A stretch of 44,971 nt of DNA from a virus. This document shows, piece after piece, positions 9,449-18,189 of the stretch; within the stretch, counting starts at the first letter, position 1, and every line of letters begins with the position of its first letter. The stretch lies in IMG/VR virus record IMGVR_UViG_3300026487_000006. One strand, given 5' to 3'. Both the position numbers and the translations under genes were made by a program. The notes under the pieces were generated by a model, which was not told where the DNA came from, searched no databases, and was given only the letters and a program-made list of their open reading frames with translations.

Positions 9449-9477
9449 TTGCACATATCAAAACAATACAATAGTAT
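9449..9477 (+). promoter_or_regulatory. Sigma70-like promoter of the plus-strand cassette
   Basis: TTGCAC-17nt-TAGTAT. Overlaps the palindrome AATAC-aata-GTATT, 30 nt upstream of the 9508 ATG. Confidence 0.6.
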
Positions 9478-9490
9478 TACCTGAAATCAA
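9463..9490 (-). promoter_or_regulatory. Sigma70-like promoter facing the tail chaperone/TMP genes
   Basis: Minus strand reads TTGATT-16nt-TATTGT. The -10 is one arm of the palindrome AATACAATAGTATT (9465..9478). Confidence 0.45.
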
Positions 9491-9507
9491 CCCATGAGGA
9501 ACACCAA

Positions 9508-9852
9508 ATGAAAAACGTAATCACTGCCGTAATCCTTACTTTGTCATTCAGCGCCGGTGCGGCCACCTGCGAGAGTATTGGCAAATCTATTGTGGACCAG
9601 TACTCCGCCGCAGGCAGTTTTACTAACGACACTCCTGAGCGTAAAGCTGCTTATCTGGACCTGGTCGGCGCTCACGTTAACGCCTGCCGTGCGGGTGTTG
9701 ATGTTCGTAAGAAAGGCTTGACGCCTCAGGAGTTAGCCAAGGTCGTTGAAACAGCCTATTCAACTCCTGCCGTAGTAGATAGCTTTACGCCGGTCATATC
9801 TAAATCTATGACCATCACATCCTATACCCAGGGCTATGCATTCGGAGAATAA
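9508..9852 (+). CDS. Small secreted protein (Sec signal peptide)
   Basis: N-terminus MKNVITAVILTLSFSAGA/AT is a classic signal peptide. The mature part has two Cys. RBS GAGGA. Confidence 0.7.
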   Translation: MKNVITAVILTLSFSAGAATCESIGKSIVDQYSAAGSFTNDTPERKAAYLDLVGAHVNACRAGVDVRKKGLTPQELAKVVETAYSTPAVVDSFTPVISKSMTITSYTQGYAFGE

Positions 9853-9855
9853 ATT

Positions 9856-10056
9856 ATGGAAACTTTAGAAATACTCACAGTACCCGCGTGGTTTGACAAA
9901 AACGAAATTCCTACCAGAATCGACGACCTCGACATTATCGCTTACCTTCTCCGCCGCAATGCCTTCGATTCTGCGGATGAGGCATTCGACTGTTGCATGG
10001 GTGCTAAGAAAGTCACCTTTGAAGTAACCATTAAAATGAAAGTGGAGAATATCTAA
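9856..10056 (+). CDS. Hypothetical protein
   Basis: 66-aa ORF. RBS GGAGA, with tight spacing to its neighbours. Confidence 0.6.
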   Translation: METLEILTVPAWFDKNEIPTRIDDLDIIAYLLRRNAFDSADEAFDCCMGAKKVTFEVTIKMKVENI

Positions 10057-10265
10057 TGCCTATCAATATCGTATGTACCAAAGCTGCTGGTCGTTTCGTT
10101 AAGGGTGAAACTTACGTCGCAGCCAAAAAGACATTTGTCGAAGGTTACAGTGTCCGTCCTGTTCAATGTGAATTTTTGCAGTTTATGTTTGGCGCGCATA
10201 TGGATGACGACTTCACCGTAAAGGAAAACGATGGTACTGCGCAATTCGAGCCTGCTAAGGATTAG
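10056..10265 (+). CDS. Hypothetical protein
   Basis: 69-aa ORF. TAATG stop-start overlap with the upstream gene. Confidence 0.6.
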   Translation: MPINIVCTKAAGRFVKGETYVAAKKTFVEGYSVRPVQCEFLQFMFGAHMDDDFTVKENDGTAQFEPAKD

Positions 10266-10327
10266 CGTAGCGCGACTAACCCAATAATGGTTAAATAAGA
10301 CTCTTCCTATTTATACCGAGGCAAATA

Positions 10328-11461
10328 ATGACAGGCACATCTAAAATAACCGACGAACAGCTAAAGGAATGTCTGTCGCAAAACATGACTACCAGGGAAA
10401 TAGCGGCTAAGTATGATATGACACACCGAGTCGTTAACCTTCGTCGCGCTAAACTCGCTAAGAAAGGTTTAGGCCACGGTCGTGACGTCAGCCATATCGT
10501 GCCTGACGGGTACCGGGTTAAAGGCACCAGCGCGCTCACAGACGCGATGGGTAACATCAAGCTGCAGTGGGTTAAGACCGACGTAGACAGCGAACGACAG
10601 CTTGAGATTATGCGCGCCGTTGTAGAGGGCATGTGCTCTGAGATTGTTCCGTTGCCGTGTGTGCCCTTGTCTGAACGCCGGATTGATAAGAAGTTACTGA
10701 ACCTCTACACCGTGTCAGACTTCCACCTGGGTATGCTTAGCTGGGCTGATGAAACTGGCGCTGATTGGGACATGAAGATTGGGGAAGACTTATTCGCGCG
10801 CTGGTTCGATGCCGCGTTTCAGTCCGCACCTGACGCGGGAACAGGTGTTATTAACCTGTTAGGCGACCTGGCACACTTCGACTCACTGGACGCGGTTACA
10901 CCTGCGTCAGGCCACGTCCTCGACGCAGACACGCGCTACCAGAAGCTGGTTCGTTATATGATTCGCATGGTGCGTCGTGTCGTAGAGATGGCTCTCGTGA
11001 AGCATGAGACGGTGAAGCTGCTGGTCGTGCAAGGCAACCACGACGAATCAGGCATGATTTGGATGGCGGAGATGTTCAGCACACTCTACGACAACGAGCC
11101 GCGCGTACTGGTCGACACCTCTGCCGATGTCTACAAGATGGTGCAGCACGGCAAAACCACTCTGTTCTTCCATCACGGCCACAAAGCCAGATTCGATGCA
11201 ATTGAGCCTGTCATGATAGCTAAGTTCCGCAAAGCCTTTGGTGACAGCATCTACAGCTATGCGCACGTCGGGCACCTGCACCACCAGAAGATTGTTGAGA
11301 GTCGTAACATGATTGTTGAGCAACACCGCACTCTGGCCGCTAAAGATGCCTACGCGTCGCGCGGCGGCTGGATGAGCGGCAGAAGTGCCAACGTTATCAC
11401 CTACAGTTCAGAGTTTGGCGAAGTCGGCCGTCTGACTATTTCACCGGAGATGTTGAAATGA
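10328..11461 (+). CDS. HTH domain fused to a calcineurin-like metallophosphoesterase (SbcD/Mre11-like motif set)
   Basis: 377 aa. N-terminal TTREIAAKYDMTHRVVNLRRAKLAKKG looks like an HTH. Metallophosphoesterase motifs appear in order: SDFHLG, LGDLAHFD, QGNHDES, FHHGH, GHLHH. Confidence 0.75.
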   Translation: MTGTSKITDEQLKECLSQNMTTREIAAKYDMTHRVVNLRRAKLAKKGLGHGRDVSHIVPDGYRVKGTSALTDAMGNIKLQWVKTDVDSERQLEIMRAVVEGMCSEIVPLPCVPLSERRIDKKLLNLYTVSDFHLGMLSWADETGADWDMKIGEDLFARWFDAAFQSAPDAGTGVINLLGDLAHFDSLDAVTPASGHVLDADTRYQKLVRYMIRMVRRVVEMALVKHETVKLLVVQGNHDESGMIWMAEMFSTLYDNEPRVLVDTSADVYKMVQHGKTTLFFHHGHKARFDAIEPVMIAKFRKAFGDSIYSYAHVGHLHHQKIVESRNMIVEQHRTLAAKDAYASRGGWMSGRSANVITYSSEFGEVGRLTISPEMLK

Positions 11462-11658
11462 AATATACATATCAGCTTTACTGGCAAGGAAAGGATGATT
11501 TAGGACGGGTTATTTTCGATTCAAACACAACTGTGGAATGGGCTAACCCTGGCACTAAAGAATTGGCAGAGTTAAACGACTCACTATTGTCCTTTGCAAA
11601 GAGTAGAAATGACAATGTCGTGCGGATTGTGACGATTAATATGTGGAAGATTGGTTAA
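11458..11658 (+). CDS. Hypothetical protein
   Basis: 66-aa ORF with an ATGA overlap to the upstream gene. Last gene before the terminator. Confidence 0.55.
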   Translation: MKYTYQLYWQGKDDLGRVIFDSNTTVEWANPGTKELAELNDSLLSFAKSRNDNVVRIVTINMWKIG

Positions 11659-11665
11659 TAGAAAT

Positions 11666-11692
11666 AAGGCCCCTTTCGGGGCCTTTTCTTTT
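11666..11692. terminator. Bidirectional rho-independent terminator
   Basis: AAGGCCCC-tttc-GGGGCCTT followed by TTTCTTTT, with an A-run on the other side. Lies between convergent genes. Confidence 0.85.
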
Positions 11693-12854
11693 AGTACGCT
11701 ATACGCTGAATCACGATAGATGACTGCACCGCGTTGCCCGTGGCCTGTCCTTCCATACTCAACGTAACCGACTCAGGACCGCCAACCTCTGGCGTAGCTG
11801 CCGTTAGCTCTGCGCGCTTCAGTGTGAAGCTCATAGCGCCGTCTGGACCGGTCAGAACGGAGGTAAGTTCAATCTGCTCTTCATTCAGGAACTGTTCCAG
11901 AAGAGTCATGTCGTACAGCTTACCAGCCAGCGAGAAGGTGTTAGCCGCACGGCCACGCTCTACGAAAGCAACAGAGGAGTTACCGAGCTCGTACTGAGCA
12001 GAGGCGCTGTTATCGTTGGTGATGGTGAAGGTATCGATAAGCTGCATCTTCGCTGTACCGTTGAACGCGGCAACATCAACACTTGAGAAAGGCTGCGCAT
12101 CGAAGTTAGTGGTGAAGGTAGAACCCGCCGGCGGACCTGTCAGGATTTCCTGATTGAGACCAATGAACGGGAAGCTGCCGGTGACCATGGCGTTAACCGC
12201 TTGCTCGATGGTGAAGCCTGAGAACTCGACGCCGCGCGTAATCAGATAGCTGTCAGCGCCGCCGCAACGACCTTTGAACCAGGTCAGGATTGAGTAAGTC
12301 TTACACAGGTTACCTGTCTCCAGTTTATCCGCCACAACCAGAGCCGTAGTAGCTGCGGCTTCGTCGGTCAGGGTGTGCGGGATAGCCGCACCTGTGACGA
12401 TGAGTGAGGTAACTGCGGTAACGATAAACGGCAGCGCGTTATCTCCGGTCAGGTCCGGGAAACGGATAAGGTCGCCGACTTCGGTCGCGGTAGTGAAATC
12501 CCCAGCCGCACGGGTAAAGGTTTTAGCGTCAGCATCGACGGTGACTGACAGACCGGCGACAGTTGAGCCTGCCACCCAGGAACTGGTCATAGCGCCGGCC
12601 AGCAGTTCGTCCTGACTCTGTGCGCTGAGTTCGATAGCGTATTCGCCGGCAACCTGTTTGTTACCAGTACGGATAGACGACGTCTCGCGGCTCCCGTCCA
12701 GTTCGTTAGATACCAGAGCGTCACGGGTAATTGCAGGAATGCCGCTGGTGTTGCGCAGCGGTGACCAGCTTGGGTTAGCGGGGGTAACACCTGGGGTTGT
12801 TTCCAGCACATAGAATTGTGCGGTATTCGCGCCCTTATACGGTTGAATAGCCAT
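11691..12854 (-). CDS. Major tail (tube) protein
   Basis: The start at 12854 (MAIQPYKG) has a GAGGA RBS. 387 aa, following the tail terminator-like gene. Call is by synteny. Confidence 0.65.
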   Translation of the reverse strand: MAIQPYKGANTAQFYVLETTPGVTPANPSWSPLRNTSGIPAITRDALVSNELDGSRETSSIRTGNKQVAGEYAIELSAQSQDELLAGAMTSSWVAGSTVAGLSVTVDADAKTFTRAAGDFTTATEVGDLIRFPDLTGDNALPFIVTAVTSLIVTGAAIPHTLTDEAAATTALVVADKLETGNLCKTYSILTWFKGRCGGADSYLITRGVEFSGFTIEQAVNAMVTGSFPFIGLNQEILTGPPAGSTFTTNFDAQPFSSVDVAAFNGTAKMQLIDTFTITNDNSASAQYELGNSSVAFVERGRAANTFSLAGKLYDMTLLEQFLNEEQIELTSVLTGPDGAMSFTLKRAELTAATPEVGGPESVTLSMEGQATGNAVQSSIVIQRIAY

Positions 12855-12855
12855 T

Positions 12856-13269
12856 TTAAATCCTCGCAGTGAAGGCGATAAAATTAATTGATAAAGGGCG
12901 CTTAGCCCATCCATTTTCTACAATCAGCGGCCCCAGGCTCACGGACTGGACTTCTGCGCAGATAGCATTACGCTGAAACGTGCTTCCTGCTTTGAATGTG
13001 GTGTTTAATGAATCGGCCAGCTTATTGATTGGCGCGCTGCCTTTGGTAGAAGCAACGTTGATATCAATCTGGTAGATACCGGCTCGCTGCTCTGTAAAAC
13101 CCAGGTCAGCCTGCTCAGTATCCGCCAGTAACATATAACCGACCAGGTAGGGCGTTGCCGTGCTGGTCGGCGCATCGATGTTCTCCAGGGCGACAGCGAC
13201 GTCGTTAAGCGTTCCAAACGCCTTTAACGGAACATCAAACGCTTTTGTCAGGTCTTCGAAGTAACCCAT
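12856..13269 (-). CDS. Tail terminator protein (gpU-like role)
   Basis: 137 aa, between the gp10-like gene and the tube gene. Call is by synteny. Confidence 0.5.
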   Translation of the reverse strand: MGYFEDLTKAFDVPLKAFGTLNDVAVALENIDAPTSTATPYLVGYMLLADTEQADLGFTEQRAGIYQIDINVASTKGSAPINKLADSLNTTFKAGSTFQRNAICAEVQSVSLGPLIVENGWAKRPLSINFIAFTARI

Positions 13270-13668
13270 CTATCGCACCTTAGCCGCTTCTTCATTAATC
13301 AGTTGCTGAAATCTTAACACGTTGACTCTCACGACTCCAGTAGGGGCCTGCTTAGACCAGCCATACTCCAGACGCTGTGCATAAGGGAGGTTGTTAGTAA
13401 GAGTCAGTTCCTGCCAGACGGGTGTGTTGCCGATGAAGGTCGTTGCGCTATTCACGGCTTTGTTACCAGTAGTATCAACACCTGCAATATTACCTGACGC
13501 TGGCGTGGCCCCGGATGTCTGCCAGTTCATACGAAAGCGGCCGGTGTCAACGGGACTACCCTTGATGATTGCGCTGAATAGCTTAATCGAAACCGACCGC
13601 ATTACCGTCTCAGGGTTCTTCTTAGCCTTCTCGCAGAAAGTGCGCACATCAAGAGTGAATTTACTCAT
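13270..13668 (-). CDS. Tail completion / neck protein (HK97 gp10-like)
   Basis: 132 aa. Motifs SPVDTGRFRMNW ... NNLPYAQRLEYG resemble the HK97 gp10 family. Confidence 0.7.
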   Translation of the reverse strand: MSKFTLDVRTFCEKAKKNPETVMRSVSIKLFSAIIKGSPVDTGRFRMNWQTSGATPASGNIAGVDTTGNKAVNSATTFIGNTPVWQELTLTNNLPYAQRLEYGWSKQAPTGVVRVNVLRFQQLINEEAAKVR

Positions 13669-14024
13669 TTTCTAACCTGGATAAACCACGCGATAATGTC
13701 ATCGTTAACCATCTTGGTTTCGATGCCAACGACGGACCATCGAGCGCCTGCGAAATCAATCTTGTCTTCCATCTTCGGCAGCACGCTATAGTCCGCTTTG
13801 ACCACCATGTCGCCAGCCTGAATCGTCGTACCGTTGACCAGACCGACGTTTACCGGAACAGGCACAGAGACCAAATGAATAAGTGTATCTGACTGTGGGA
13901 TATATTCGCCCAGGTCCGCGTCCCAGACTTTACCACCAGCACGGACCAGAGTAACAGTGCTGCCGTATTTGCCAAGCAAGCGCGTTGCTACTCCCTGCAT
14001 CTTTTTGCTGAATGCGGTGCTCAT
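13665..14024 (-). CDS. Head closure / head-tail joining protein
   Basis: Start at 14024 (MSTAFSKK) via a TGATG overlap with the upstream stop. 119 aa and beta-rich. Call is by position in the neck block. Confidence 0.5.
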   Translation of the reverse strand: MSTAFSKKMQGVATRLLGKYGSTVTLVRAGGKVWDADLGEYIPQSDTLIHLVSVPVPVNVGLVNGTTIQAGDMVVKADYSVLPKMEDKIDFAGARWSVVGIETKMVNDDIIAWFIQVRK

Positions 14025-14641
14025 CAGACGGGCTCCAGGCGGGATACAACAAGGAGAGCTGAAGGCGCAGCACCCCATGCTGTAAGCGTAGTAGGGGTTA
14101 GCGGGACAAGTCCTCCCGAGTTTGTTCCTGCGCTATCGCGAATAATCTGCAATGACAGAGTTGCACCGGCAGCCACATTAATGGCTACGCGTGACTCCGT
14201 TGCAAAAATCTGGTTAGCGTTCTCTATGCGCGCAACTGAAGGGCTTCCAAAAGGGGCACCATTAACCAACAATCGGCTGAAAATTATAGAAGTACCGGTA
14301 CCACCTGTGCGTCCTAATTGCAGTTTTAATCGAACCGCATAGCTACCAGCTATGTTGAAAGTCAGTACCCCGGCAGCACTAAGCATAACGGGATTACTGG
14401 AACTGCCAGAAGCAGAACCAAATAGCACCTGATAGGCCGTGTCCACGGCTGCGGGGGCCTGAATGGCGGTACTTGAAGACCGCAGTAGTTCAACCTCTTT
14501 AACACCAGCAGCGGAGTAAAGCATGGAGTCCGCCAGTTGTGTGGTAACCTCGCGAAGTTTCTCAGGAGTAATTGCACCACTGGTATTATCAGGAAGATTG
14601 GCCCCGATAAGTGTAAACATTTCTGTTTTAGTCTTAGCCAC
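14024..14641 (-). CDS. Virion-associated hypothetical protein with a fibre-like N-terminus
   Basis: 205 aa. N-terminus ..LPDNTSGAITPEKLREVTTQLADS.. resembles the conserved N-termini of phage fibre proteins. Embedded in the neck gene block. Confidence 0.35.
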   Translation of the reverse strand: MAKTKTEMFTLIGANLPDNTSGAITPEKLREVTTQLADSMLYSAAGVKEVELLRSSSTAIQAPAAVDTAYQVLFGSASGSSSNPVMLSAAGVLTFNIAGSYAVRLKLQLGRTGGTGTSIIFSRLLVNGAPFGSPSVARIENANQIFATESRVAINVAAGATLSLQIIRDSAGTNSGGLVPLTPTTLTAWGAAPSALLVVSRLEPV

Positions 14642-14643
14642 GG

Positions 14644-15153
14644 TTAACCTCGATAAACATTAAATGAAGAACCGTTGTTACTACCACATAGCAGAGGTCG
14701 TAACGCGTCCATAGCTGCCGTGATGGTGGTAGTTGACCCGTTAGCGCCGTTGTCGAAGTACTGGACGGTCACGGCACCTTCTACACGTTCCATTGATGTT
14801 GAACGGCCATCAGATGATGCCCGCACATCAGTACCCTTACCGTATTCAACTGAGGCGATAACCTGCGCGCGGACAACCTGCGACGGGATAGTGGCGCGGG
14901 ATACGTCGAAGCCGAACAAACGGATGCCAGTGCGCGGGAATGCCATTGCCTGGGTTGGTGACACACGGCGACCACACATCGCGGGCTCCTGCAGGTCAAT
15001 GTACAACGCACCATTGCGTAACGCCGCTTCGGCTTCGTCGTCGTCCAGTGGCAGCGCCATACCAAATTTAGCGGCGAGTTCGCGCGCGTCAGTCAGGCTG
15101 ACGTAACTGTCGGCAAAAGGCACAATGCTTCCGTCTTCAACGATAAGCGCCAT
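14644..15153 (-). CDS. Head-tail adaptor (gp6/gp15-like, DnaT_2-like)
   Basis: Start MALIVEDGS.. via a TAATG overlap. ..YVSLTDARELAA..ALRNGALYID.. resembles the adaptor family. Confidence 0.55.
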   Translation of the reverse strand: MALIVEDGSIVPFADSYVSLTDARELAAKFGMALPLDDDEAEAALRNGALYIDLQEPAMCGRRVSPTQAMAFPRTGIRLFGFDVSRATIPSQVVRAQVIASVEYGKGTDVRASSDGRSTSMERVEGAVTVQYFDNGANGSTTTITAAMDALRPLLCGSNNGSSFNVYRG

Positions 15154-15419
15154 TAAACTAACTCCCAATCCTCGGCGAATAAATCACCCTGCGAAGGTGC
15201 CCAACCAGGCTGCATGATTCCTTGTGCATTTTTCAAGTCAAGGTGTGGCGCAATTATGAATTGACCAATAATACCTGCGCGAGCGTAGTCAGAACCCGGC
15301 CTAGGTTCGTCTACGACATAACCCCCCGCTTTAATTACAAATTGATTTTTACCATTCCATCCCTTCCTGGCAATTTTAGACCCGGATTTAACAAGAATCA
15401 GTGCTTCGCTAAAATCCAT
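15153..15419 (-). CDS. DUF2829-like small protein (Tad2-like candidate signal sponge)
   Basis: 88 aa. MDFSEALILVKSGSKIARKGWNGK at the N-terminus and PGWAPSQGDLFAEDWELV at the C-terminus match my recollection of the DUF2829 signature. Confidence 0.65.
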   Translation of the reverse strand: MDFSEALILVKSGSKIARKGWNGKNQFVIKAGGYVVDEPRPGSDYARAGIIGQFIIAPHLDLKNAQGIMQPGWAPSQGDLFAEDWELV

Positions 15420-15421
15420 GA

Positions 15422-15616
15422 TTACTCCTCGTCAATCGTGTTACGGCGACGGCGTTTAGGGGCTGCGCCAGCACCATTGTTATGCGCACCTTGGTCGTCA
15501 GGCTGAGTTTCGACAAGTTCTTCCGGCAACACTTCGCCGCGCTGAGGAATAACCTGGCCGTCAACAACAGTCAGACCATTATACTTTTCACGAACAACAT
15601 AATTATCGGCCATCAT
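15422..15616 (-). CDS. Hypothetical protein
   Basis: 64-aa ORF with a basic KRRRR tail. 2-nt gap to the downstream gene. Confidence 0.5.
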   Translation of the reverse strand: MMADNYVVREKYNGLTVVDGQVIPQRGEVLPEELVETQPDDQGAHNNGAGAAPKRRRRNTIDEE

Positions 15617-15629
15617 GGCTCCTTAATAA

Positions 15630-15645
15630 CGGCCCTTTCGGGCCG
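15630..15645 (-). terminator. Weak hairpin / attenuator
   Basis: CGGCCC-gaaa-GGGCCG on the minus strand, followed by TTATTAA. Confidence 0.35.
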
Positions 15646-15650
15646 CGGGG

Positions 15651-16001
15651 TTAAGCAGTTACGGTAACAGTGGTCGCGCCGGAAATGATGTTACCGTAGT
15701 CGTCATTAACAACGACTTTGTAGACACCCGCATCCGCCGCGGCAGCACTGGCTTTGGTATAGGTCAGAGCCGTAGCGCCGGCAATGGCGTTACCGTCTTT
15801 GTACCACTGTACTTTATAAGGCTGCGCGCCGCCAGTAACAGCGACAGTCAGCGTCAGTGTTGCACCAGTAGCAACTGACTTAGTCGCAGGCAGTGCGGTA
15901 GAGAAAGAGGCGGGAGAAATGTTCTCCATAACAACTTCTACCTGACCGTCGTCGTTCGCGTCATCCAGACCGGTGGTGCGGCGTTTGATTACATCAACCA
16001 T
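15651..16001 (-). CDS. Ig-like domain decoration protein
   Basis: 116 aa. ..TLTLTVAVTGGAQPYKVQWYKDGNAI..AGVYKVVVND.. is an I-set-like Ig signature. Confidence 0.7.
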   Translation of the reverse strand: MVDVIKRRTTGLDDANDDGQVEVVMENISPASFSTALPATKSVATGATLTLTVAVTGGAQPYKVQWYKDGNAIAGATALTYTKASAAAADAGVYKVVVNDDYGNIISGATTVTVTA

Positions 16002-16015
16002 TTTTAAATCCTCAA

Positions 16016-16288
16016 TTAAGGTGTAATGATGCCAGCGCTGCGTAATTTAGCCAGCAGGGCATTAAATTCGGCCATAGTGGGTGCAGCGGCAGAATCAGTT
16101 TGTGCAGCCTGCAGAAGCACACCGCCACGCTGCGTAGTGGTAGGAGTTTTATTCCCGGCCATCGCGGTCGTTGCCGTGGTGCCTACAGTCGGTGTGAACG
16201 TACTCGGTTTACCTGTTACATCAGCCCATGCGGCACTGATTTTAGCGTCTTTCAGACTGCGCGGCAGCCCTTTACCTGTGGTAGCCAT
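16016..16288 (-). CDS. Head fibre / decoration-like protein
   Basis: 90 aa. Thr/Ala-rich with a C-terminal ..EFNALLAKLRSAGIITP, a motif I associate with head-fibre-type proteins. Immediately downstream of the capsid gene. Confidence 0.5.
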   Translation of the reverse strand: MATTGKGLPRSLKDAKISAAWADVTGKPSTFTPTVGTTATTAMAGNKTPTTTQRGGVLLQAAQTDSAAAPTMAEFNALLAKLRSAGIITP

Positions 16289-16312
16289 ACATATTTCTCC
16301 TGTATGAATGTG

Positions 16313-16334
16313 AAAAGAGGGGCCGTAGCCCCTC
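16313..16334 (-). terminator. Rho-independent terminator/attenuator after the capsid gene
   Basis: Minus strand reads GAGGGGC-tacg-GCCCCTC followed by TTTTC. Confidence 0.7.
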
Positions 16335-16352
16335 CCGCATTATACGCTACCG

Positions 16353-17402
16353 TTACGCGCCGACGCCAGTAACCAGGAACGCGATAGGAATATGCTTACG
16401 CTCCATTACGCGGTTCCAGTTGGAGGCGTTCGCCAGGTCCTGCCATGAGGCGGAGCGTGCGATAGTCTCACTGCCGTTGCCGGTGATTACCGCGCTGGTG
16501 AAGCTGTAGCCAAGTGGGTGCAGCAGCCAGGTTTTACGGGTCCACAGCACTTCGACGCCGCCGCCGTTACCGCGCTCAGGAGAGCGGTCATATTCCAGTG
16601 GCACAGTTGGCGAGCCTTCGCCGTAGCCAATTGCACCCTGACCAAAGATGATGCTGATGAACTTACGGTCAGCACCAGTACCAACTACAGTCATGCTGTC
16701 GTCGACAACCACACGGTAACCCTGGTATGTGGCGAACATGGTGTTGTTGTCTGCGTCACGCACGAAATCAATCAACTGCTGCTTACGAGCCTGTGCGTAC
16801 ACGAAGCTGTGCATCGCAATAGCACCGAGCGTTTCGCCAGTAGAACCCATCAGCGCATCGCCCATAGTCTGGGTTGCGTCGATGAATGCGCCAGCGTCAA
16901 AGCCCAGGGTGGCTGACACGTCAATAACCATGTCGTTCTGGGTGTGGAAAGCATCAGTCGCAGCAACGTTGTCGTTGTACAGGCCGAGAGCGGTCGCCAG
17001 CAGACGACGCTGTGCCTGACGCTGCCAGAAGTTATCCAGACGGTTAGCCACAGATTGCAGTGGGTTCTGGCTGGTCAGCTCAACAGTCAGGTCGGCCTGG
17101 CCGAAGCCTTCGTTCAGGTACGCAACGCGCGCCATCATATCGCCGGTCTGGACGTTACGCGGAGTCGCGATATCCTGGAACACGTCATTCGAGTAGTTAG
17201 GCTCGATTGAAGTATCAATTGCCTTCCAGTAAGGAATGTTGGCGATATTAGAAGAACCGCGAGCAATCTCGGCAGCGTACTGTGACGGCGTCAGGATACC
17301 TGACTGGAAGAACGCAGTTTTCTCAACCGGCTCTTCTGTCATATAAGACAGGATGACGGGTTCGTTACCTGTTACGATATCGCCAATAGTGGTAATAGCC
17401 AT
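16353..17402 (-). CDS. Major capsid protein
   Basis: 349 aa, directly after the scaffold gene and followed by a terminator. Call is by size and synteny. Confidence 0.8.
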   Translation of the reverse strand: MAITTIGDIVTGNEPVILSYMTEEPVEKTAFFQSGILTPSQYAAEIARGSSNIANIPYWKAIDTSIEPNYSNDVFQDIATPRNVQTGDMMARVAYLNEGFGQADLTVELTSQNPLQSVANRLDNFWQRQAQRRLLATALGLYNDNVAATDAFHTQNDMVIDVSATLGFDAGAFIDATQTMGDALMGSTGETLGAIAMHSFVYAQARKQQLIDFVRDADNNTMFATYQGYRVVVDDSMTVVGTGADRKFISIIFGQGAIGYGEGSPTVPLEYDRSPERGNGGGVEVLWTRKTWLLHPLGYSFTSAVITGNGSETIARSASWQDLANASNWNRVMERKHIPIAFLVTGVGA

Positions 17403-17404
17403 GT

Positions 17405-18097
17405 TTATTTCTTCCTCTGGGCTTCAAGTTGCCGTTTAAATTCGGCCGGGTCAGATTTGCTGAACGCGATGCGCTCGGCGTCATTCATTTCATTTAACGT
17501 CTTCGCGGCCCCGCCGCCTTTACCACCGGAAGCCCCGCCGCCGGATGCTGCATTAGCCTTAATAAGGTGGCTGAATGCTTTGTGTTCACGCAGATACTTG
17601 CGGAACTGTTCCGGGTCCGTAGTAATAACGCTGCCGTCTGTACCGACGAACTTCGTTACCACTTCGTCCCCTTCAAACTCTGTGCGTACGAAAGGTGCTA
17701 CCAGGTCAACTGTTTCCGGCGTAATGAAGTCACCGATGAACGAACCCAGTACCGCCTTACGCTCGCTACCAAGCACGCGAGATGCCAGGGTAGTATAACG
17801 CTCATCTTTCTCTTTCAGTACCGGTTCATACTGGCTACGAATCGTCTTTTCGAACTCGTCCATCTTGCCTGCGGACTTCAGCGCCTCCTGATGCTCGCGC
17901 TGACGTGCCTCTTCGGCTTCCTTCGCCCGGCGTGCCGCTTCCTTCTTCTCAGTCAGCAGCGCCTCATTATTGGCCTTCAGACCGGCAACCAGCTCGGCAA
18001 CTTCCCGTTCGGTGTAGGTCTTCGGCGCGTCTCCACCTGCTGGTTTGTCTGCTTCGCCTGCTTCTTCGTGAAGCGGATAACGTAAAAAACGATTCAT
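17405..18097 (-). CDS. Scaffolding protein
   Basis: 230 aa. Highly charged Glu/Lys/Ala coiled-coil, immediately upstream of the capsid gene. Confidence 0.75.
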   Translation of the reverse strand: MNRFLRYPLHEEAGEADKPAGGDAPKTYTEREVAELVAGLKANNEALLTEKKEAARRAKEAEEARQREHQEALKSAGKMDEFEKTIRSQYEPVLKEKDERYTTLASRVLGSERKAVLGSFIGDFITPETVDLVAPFVRTEFEGDEVVTKFVGTDGSVITTDPEQFRKYLREHKAFSHLIKANAASGGGASGGKGGGAAKTLNEMNDAERIAFSKSDPAEFKRQLEAQRKK

Positions 18098-18189
18098 AGT
18101 CAGTATGTCCCCTGGACGTCAGTAGCCGGGCCACCCGGTTTTACACTGTCAAGAATAAAAGAATATCGCGCGCTATGCAACTTTTGTGG

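Noticed and set aside
17457-18099. Plus-strand ORFs of 113, 172 and 64 aa antisense to the scaffold gene
   Set aside because: No RBS. Their low-complexity, Cys/Phe/Leu-rich products mirror the GAA/GCC-rich scaffold codons.
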